This document shows positions 59,311 to 64,000 of a stretch of 64,000 bases of DNA, piece after piece. The translations under genes and the position numbers were made by a program. The stretch's first letter is position 1. Each line of letters opens with the position of its first letter. Source of the stretch: Bacteroidota bacterium. GTDB lineage: Bacteria > Bacteroidota > Bacteroidia > AKYH767-A > 2013-40CM-41-45. The notes below the pieces were generated by a model, which was not told where the DNA came from, searched no databases, and saw only the letters and a program-made list of their open reading frames with translations. Location: positions 66,590 to 130,589 of the forward strand of contig QQVM01000009.1 in NCBI GenBank assembly GCA_003389385.1. The letters run 5' to 3'.

Positions 59311-59735
59311 CAGAGAAGAAATATACCAATGGTGAAATCAACATAATCTGGAAAGCAGGAAAGTGTATTCATTCAGGGAATTGTGTCAGGGGTCTTCCCC
59401 TGGTATTCAGACCGAAAGAAAAACCATGGATAAGAACAGAGATGGCAGGTACAGAAGAATTGATTGAACAAGTAAACAAATGCCCGTCAGGAGCATTAAG
59501 CTATGAATTGATTATTCAAAAAAACGAACATATGGAAAATCAAAAATCATCAGAAACAAAAATCACCGTGGCAGACAAAGGTCCATACCTGGTGCGAGGC
59601 AAATTCATATTTGTTGACAAAGACGGTAAAGAAGAGATGAAAGAAGGAAACATTGCTCTTTGCCGCTGCGGCCTATCAAAAAATAAACCCTTTTGCGACG
59701 GCACGCACAAAACCAGCGATGTGCTGAATTATTGA
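59307..59735 (+). CDS. Fusion of a divergent 4Fe-4S mono-cluster domain and a CDGSH-type iron-sulfur domain
   Basis: 142 aa. N-terminal KCIHSGNCVRGLP...KCPSGALSY; C-terminal ALCRCGLSKNKPFCDGTH (CDGSH motif). ATGA overlap with the OsmC gene. Confidence 0.75.
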   Translation: MTEKKYTNGEINIIWKAGKCIHSGNCVRGLPLVFRPKEKPWIRTEMAGTEELIEQVNKCPSGALSYELIIQKNEHMENQKSSETKITVADKGPYLVRGKFIFVDKDGKEEMKEGNIALCRCGLSKNKPFCDGTHKTSDVLNY

Positions 59736-59788
59736 GAATATTTTTTACCACAATTATTCTAATTAATCAAACTATCAAACGCCATACA

Positions 59789-60499
59789 ATGAAAACCGTA
59801 ATTCATCAGGAAAACGAAAGAGGAAAAGCCGATCACGGCTGGCTGAAGGCTGCTCACAGTTTCAGTTTCGCATCATGGTACGACCCTGCACGCATGCACT
59901 TTGGAATGCTTCGTGTTCTGAATGATGACCTGATCGCTCCAGGCAAGGGATTTGGCATGCATCCGCACAACGATATGGAAATTATAACCATCATCCTTTC
60001 CGGTGAGTTGGAACATAAGGACAGCATGGGTAATGGCTCGGTGATTCGTACCGGTGATGTCCAAGTGATGAGTGCTGGAAGCGGAGTGCTTCATTCGGAA
60101 TTCAATCCTTCTGATAAAAACCCAACAAGGCTATTTCAACTTTGGATATTTCCCAAAGAAAAAAACATTGAGCCTCGTTACGGACAAAAGAATTTTAACA
60201 TCAGGAGCTTGGAGAATAATATTCAAACCGTTGCTTCGGGATTCAATATCGGCGATGAGTTGTACATTCATCAGGACGCTGCAGTTTCCATATGCAAATT
60301 AAATGCGGAAAGCGGAATTCAATATGATCTTTTCCGTAAAGAGAACGGAGTTTACATCATGAACATTGATGGAAAAACTGTGGTGGAAGGTAACAAACTC
60401 GGAAATAGAGACGCAGTGGGTATAACCGAAAAGGATTATATAGAAATTAAAGCCATAGAAGACACAGAGCTGCTCATTGTGGAAGTGCCGATGAAATAG
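59789..60499 (+). CDS. Pirin-family protein
   Basis: Start taken at MKTVIHQENERG (ATG at 59789). HGWL.....FSFA.(W)YDP, cupin metal site GFGMHPHNDMEIIT, and VQVMSAGSGVLHSE. Confidence 0.88.
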   Translation: MKTVIHQENERGKADHGWLKAAHSFSFASWYDPARMHFGMLRVLNDDLIAPGKGFGMHPHNDMEIITIILSGELEHKDSMGNGSVIRTGDVQVMSAGSGVLHSEFNPSDKNPTRLFQLWIFPKEKNIEPRYGQKNFNIRSLENNIQTVASGFNIGDELYIHQDAAVSICKLNAESGIQYDLFRKENGVYIMNIDGKTVVEGNKLGNRDAVGITEKDYIEIKAIEDTELLIVEVPMK

Positions 60500-60537
60500 A
60501 ATACTTTAATTATATAAATCATTTGGAGAATAAAAGT

Positions 60538-60987
60538 ATGAAATTGGAAGATGAAATCGTGCAGAAGAAGTTTATTAATGAATCCCACAAATTGGGAATC
60601 AACATCATTTACACATTCAACTGGCTGAATGCCTTTCAGTCGCAACTTCTTAAGAAATACAAAATCACACCGCAGCAGTATAATGTCATGAGGATATTGC
60701 GCGGGCAAAGCCCCTCCCCCTGCAATATCAAGCTGGTAAAGGAAAGGATGCTGGACAAAATGAGCGATGCATCCAGAATCGTTGAGAAACTCCGGGCTAA
60801 AGGATTCATCATGAGATCTGTCAATGCCAGCGACAGAAGAGCCTGTGATGTCATCATCACTGATCGAGGTTTGGAGTTATTGTCGGAAATTGAAAAAGAA
60901 GACGTCACATTCCGCAAATTGTTTTCAGCTCTTTCCGAGTCTGAGATGAAAGAACTCAATCACCTTTTAGACAAACTGCGTGGTTAA
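60538..60987 (+). CDS. MarR-family transcriptional regulator
   Basis: Start taken at MKLEDEIV (ATG at 60538). Winged-helix segment ITPQQYNVMRILRG... and DRRACDVIITDRGLELL. Confidence 0.8.
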   Translation: MKLEDEIVQKKFINESHKLGINIIYTFNWLNAFQSQLLKKYKITPQQYNVMRILRGQSPSPCNIKLVKERMLDKMSDASRIVEKLRAKGFIMRSVNASDRRACDVIITDRGLELLSEIEKEDVTFRKLFSALSESEMKELNHLLDKLRG

Positions 60988-61054
60988 ACATTTGAAAATC
61001 CCGTTCATATCTTTTCTTGTAAATTTTCTTCCCCTGCATTTTTAGTTTAATTTT

Positions 61055-62119
61055 ATGCTCGCAAAGAGTCTTGTGAGCACAGTGGAAAAATATATATGCG
61101 ATCTTCTTTATGATCACGACTGCGTGATCGTGCCTTCGCTTGGAGGTTTTCTTGCCTCTAACATAAGTGCCAAGATAAATCCGTCGCAACAGACTGTATA
61201 TCCTCCGCGCCGTAAAATCGCATTTAATATTTATCTGAGGCAAAACGACGGATTGCTCGCTAATCACCTTGCAAAGGCTGAAAACCTTCCTTATCCGGAA
61301 GCAGTTAAAAAACTGGATTCATTTGTAAGCAATGTTTTCACAAGCCTTGATTCAAATAACAAATTCATATTTGAGCACATAGGAACATTGTATTATGACA
61401 AAGACAGGCATTTGCTTTTTGAACCTTTCAGGCAGTCGCAGTTCCTCAGGGAAGCTTTCGGATTAAGTCCGGTGCGATTTCTTCCTCTTGAAAAGGACGA
61501 TAAGATTCAGCGAATCACCAGCGAAAGAAAGAGAATCATGCAGGGAAGAAAATCTGTTCCGCCGGAAAGAAAAACTTCCAGAAGATTCGGAGCAGCACCC
61601 AGAATTTTGGGAGTCATTGCCGTTGCAGGAGCGGTGCTCTGGCTTTCGTTTAACCTCTTCCTGATTTCTTCTGAGAGCGGTGACAAAGGGTCCCTGAACC
61701 CTTTTGACATCAAAGAAAGCCTTTCTGTGAAGAGTGAAGCAATTGTCCCTAAACCGGTTGAAATGCTTCCCGCACCTGCTGAAACTGTTTATGTGGCGAG
61801 CACCGAAGCGCTTGATAAAGCACCGGAAGTAAAATCAGAAATTAAACCCGCTGTTCCGGAAATCAAAATTCAGGAGACTGTGCGGCCATCGGCTTCCGTG
61901 GAAAAGTATTTTGTAGTTGCCGGAGCATTCAAAGTACCTGAGAATGCTGAAACATTTACCAACGATCTCATTTCAAAAGGTTTTTTAGAAACAAGACTGA
62001 TCAGGAAAGGAAACCTGAACTATGTTTGTTATGACGGCTTTGAAAACCGTGCCGGTGCCCTCGCTTTCCTGGACAGTCTCAGGAAACAGAACGCGGAAGG
62101 CTGGATCTGGAAACAATAG
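61055..62119 (+). CDS. HU-like (HU-CCDC81-type) N-terminal domains plus C-terminal SPOR domain protein
   Basis: 354 aa. N-terminal YICDLLYDHDCVIVPSLGGFLA, a central TM segment (ILGVIAVAGAVLWLSFNLFLI), and C-terminal YFVVAGAFKVPENAETFTNDLISKGF (SPOR-like). Confidence 0.7.
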   Translation: MLAKSLVSTVEKYICDLLYDHDCVIVPSLGGFLASNISAKINPSQQTVYPPRRKIAFNIYLRQNDGLLANHLAKAENLPYPEAVKKLDSFVSNVFTSLDSNNKFIFEHIGTLYYDKDRHLLFEPFRQSQFLREAFGLSPVRFLPLEKDDKIQRITSERKRIMQGRKSVPPERKTSRRFGAAPRILGVIAVAGAVLWLSFNLFLISSESGDKGSLNPFDIKESLSVKSEAIVPKPVEMLPAPAETVYVASTEALDKAPEVKSEIKPAVPEIKIQETVRPSASVEKYFVVAGAFKVPENAETFTNDLISKGFLETRLIRKGNLNYVCYDGFENRAGALAFLDSLRKQNAEGWIWKQ

Positions 62120-62148
62120 AAATATCTGATTCCCCTGTATTTTCTTAT

Positions 62149-62156
62149 TATTTTTG
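62149..62156 (+). promoter_or_regulatory. Candidate -7 box TAttTTTG
   Basis: 35 nt upstream of the rpoN ATG. Confidence 0.4.
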
Positions 62157-62190
62157 CTTTGCATGCGACCTTGTGTCCTGGCTTTAACAC

Positions 62191-63660
62191 ATGAGTAATT
62201 TAAAACTTGGATTATATCAAAAGCTTCAACAGAAACTTTCTCCTCAGCAAATCCAGCTGATGAAACTGCTGCAGATTCCTGTGGCTAATCTTGAGCAAAG
62301 AATCAAGGAAGAGCTTCAGGAAAATCCTGCCCTTGAAGAAGGTAATGAAGAGGAGGAGGAGTATGAACTGAGGGATGAGGAAGAAATCACTGCCGAAGAC
62401 GATGAAGAATTGGCAGAACAGGAAGAAGACATCAGCATTGATGAATATCTTTCTGATGATGACATTCCTGACTACAAACTTTCTTCCAATAATAGTTCTC
62501 CTGATGACGAGAGAAAAGTGATGCCAATGGTCTCACTCGGAGGATTCCATGATGTTGTCCTTTCACAGCTTTATCAGTTAAATCTTGATAACCGGGAATA
62601 TCACATTGCAGAGCAGATAATCGGTAGTATGGATGACGACGGCTATATCCGCCGTGAACTTGCTTCTGTCGTGGATGATCTTGCATTCAGCCAAAATATA
62701 AGCACCAATACAGAAGAGCTTGAAAAAATACTTCATGCGATTCAAACTCTTGATCCTCCCGGTATCGGAGGAAGAAGCCTGCAGGAATGTCTGCTTATTC
62801 AGCTGAAGCGCAAGAAGAACGGTAAGGAGTCACTTGTTCTTGCTGAGAAAATTCTGAATGAGCATTTTGAAGAGTTTTCAAAAAAGCATTACGATAAAAT
62901 CGCATCCGGACTTGGCATCAGTGAGGAAGAATTGAAGGAGGCAATTTCAGAGATATTGAAGCTGAACCCGAGGCCTGGAAATACAAGCAGCATGAGCCAA
63001 AGGAGCGCGCAGCACATCATCCCCGATTTCATCATCACGAATCATGACGGAGCTCTTGAATTGACACTCAATTCAAGAAACGCTCCTGATCTGCGCATAA
63101 GCCGCGATTACCGAGAGATGCTGGAGCATTACAGCAAGGAACGCAAACCTTCCAAAGCACACAAAGACGCGGTTCAGTTTGTAAAACAAAAACTTGACGC
63201 TGCGAAATGGTTCATCGATGCCATCAAGCAAAGGCAACATACATTGTATGAAACCATGCGTACCATCATGGAGTACCAGTATGATTATTTCCTTGACGGG
63301 GACATTCGCAACCTGAAAAAAATGGTGTTGCGCGATATCGCTGAGAAAATAGGAATGGATATTTCCACGGTTTCTCGTGTGGCAAACAGTAAATATGTAC
63401 AGACTCCGTTTGGAACTTTTTTACTTAAAAGTTTTTTCTCTGAGGGTATGCAGACGGAAAGCGGTGAAGAAGTATCAAGCAAGGAAGTGAAGCAAATCCT
63501 TTCCGATTGCATTGCCGGTGAAGACAAACGCAAACCGCTTACTGACGCAGCTCTTACAAAAATCCTGAATAAGAAAGGTTATAACATTGCACGGAGAACC
63601 GTGGCAAAATACCGTGAAATGCTTGACATACCTGTAGCCAGACTGCGAAAAGAGCTATGA
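62191..63660 (+). CDS. rpoN: RNA polymerase sigma-54 factor
   Basis: 489 aa. Gln/Leu-rich region I, an acidic linker, HTH ISTVSRV and RpoN box ARRTVAKYRE. A TAttTTTG box lies 35 nt upstream. Confidence 0.95.
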   Translation: MSNLKLGLYQKLQQKLSPQQIQLMKLLQIPVANLEQRIKEELQENPALEEGNEEEEEYELRDEEEITAEDDEELAEQEEDISIDEYLSDDDIPDYKLSSNNSSPDDERKVMPMVSLGGFHDVVLSQLYQLNLDNREYHIAEQIIGSMDDDGYIRRELASVVDDLAFSQNISTNTEELEKILHAIQTLDPPGIGGRSLQECLLIQLKRKKNGKESLVLAEKILNEHFEEFSKKHYDKIASGLGISEEELKEAISEILKLNPRPGNTSSMSQRSAQHIIPDFIITNHDGALELTLNSRNAPDLRISRDYREMLEHYSKERKPSKAHKDAVQFVKQKLDAAKWFIDAIKQRQHTLYETMRTIMEYQYDYFLDGDIRNLKKMVLRDIAEKIGMDISTVSRVANSKYVQTPFGTFLLKSFFSEGMQTESGEEVSSKEVKQILSDCIAGEDKRKPLTDAALTKILNKKGYNIARRTVAKYREMLDIPVARLRKEL

Positions 63661-64000
63661 ACAAAACTGTTGCTTATTTTTTATCGGTAGTGTTTCATCC
63701 GGTGTTGATCCCGACATATACTTTATATTACCTGCTTAATCACAATAATTATTTTTCGAGTACGACATCTCCCGCAGAAAAGTCTGCTTTGTATTCTATA
63801 ATTCTGCTTAACACCTTCGCTTTGCCGGTGCTTTTGTCCTATCTACTGATCAGAAAAGGCTGGGTGAAGTCGTTCGAAATGGCAGGAAGGGAAGAAAGAA
63901 TAGTTCCATTCATCACGAACGCATTGCTGTTACTTGTCGCATATTTTATGATGAGAAGCCTGATGCTTCCCCAGATTTTCAACCTGATTATTCTTGGTGC
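63657..64000 (+). CDS. Hypothetical membrane protein (5' part only; runs off the window)
   Basis: Open frame from an ATG overlapping the rpoN stop (ATGA) to the window end, translating MNKTVAYFLSVVFHPVLIPTYTLYY... with several hydrophobic segments. Not in the supplied track because no stop is reached. Confidence 0.5.
   Translation, partial: MNKTVAYFLSVVFHPVLIPTYTLYYLLNHNNYFSSTTSPAEKSALYSIILLNTFALPVLLSYLLIRKGWVKSFEMAGREERIVPFITNALLLLVAYFMMRSLMLPQIFNLIILG

Overview
This 64-kb window looks like a chromosomal segment of a Bacteroidota-type genome. I infer the phylum from four things: many secreted proteins ending in T9SS-type C-terminal sorting domains, recurrent TAnnTTTG boxes just upstream of start codons, Ala|Gln signal-peptide junctions alongside a glutaminyl cyclase gene, and no obvious Shine-Dalgarno use. 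About 50 protein genes are supported. Most are housekeeping: polA, cysS, asnS, trpS, dxs, accB/accC, an acyl-CoA carboxyltransferase, recO, gmk, nadD, scpA, rpoN, a DEAD-box helicase and a trans-sulfuration PLP enzyme. I saw no rRNA, tRNA or CRISPR array by eye. The non-core content is as follows. (1) A decayed IS200/RAYT-like Y1 transposase gene is bracketed by a 19/20 inverted repeat and preceded by REP-like hairpins. (2) A co-directional pair couples a WYL-domain regulator to a DUF2779-type fusion of a Cas4-like Fe-S nuclease with a DEDD-like exonuclease; this is my best candidate for an uncharacterised defence or DNA-damage module. (3) An envelope-glycan-like locus holds a 1089-aa polytopic membrane protein, a GT9 glycosyltransferase, a zinc-ribbon SAM methyltransferase and a second unknown membrane protein. 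(4) Several large T9SS cargo proteins are present, including two paralogues that share a ~95-aa module. (5) A ~0.76-kb AT-rich gap has no assignable feature. (6) A small redox-stress gene string runs OsmC, Fe-S/CDGSH, pirin, MarR. All functional calls rest on motifs read directly from the translations. No database search was run, so family names are recognitions, not hits.
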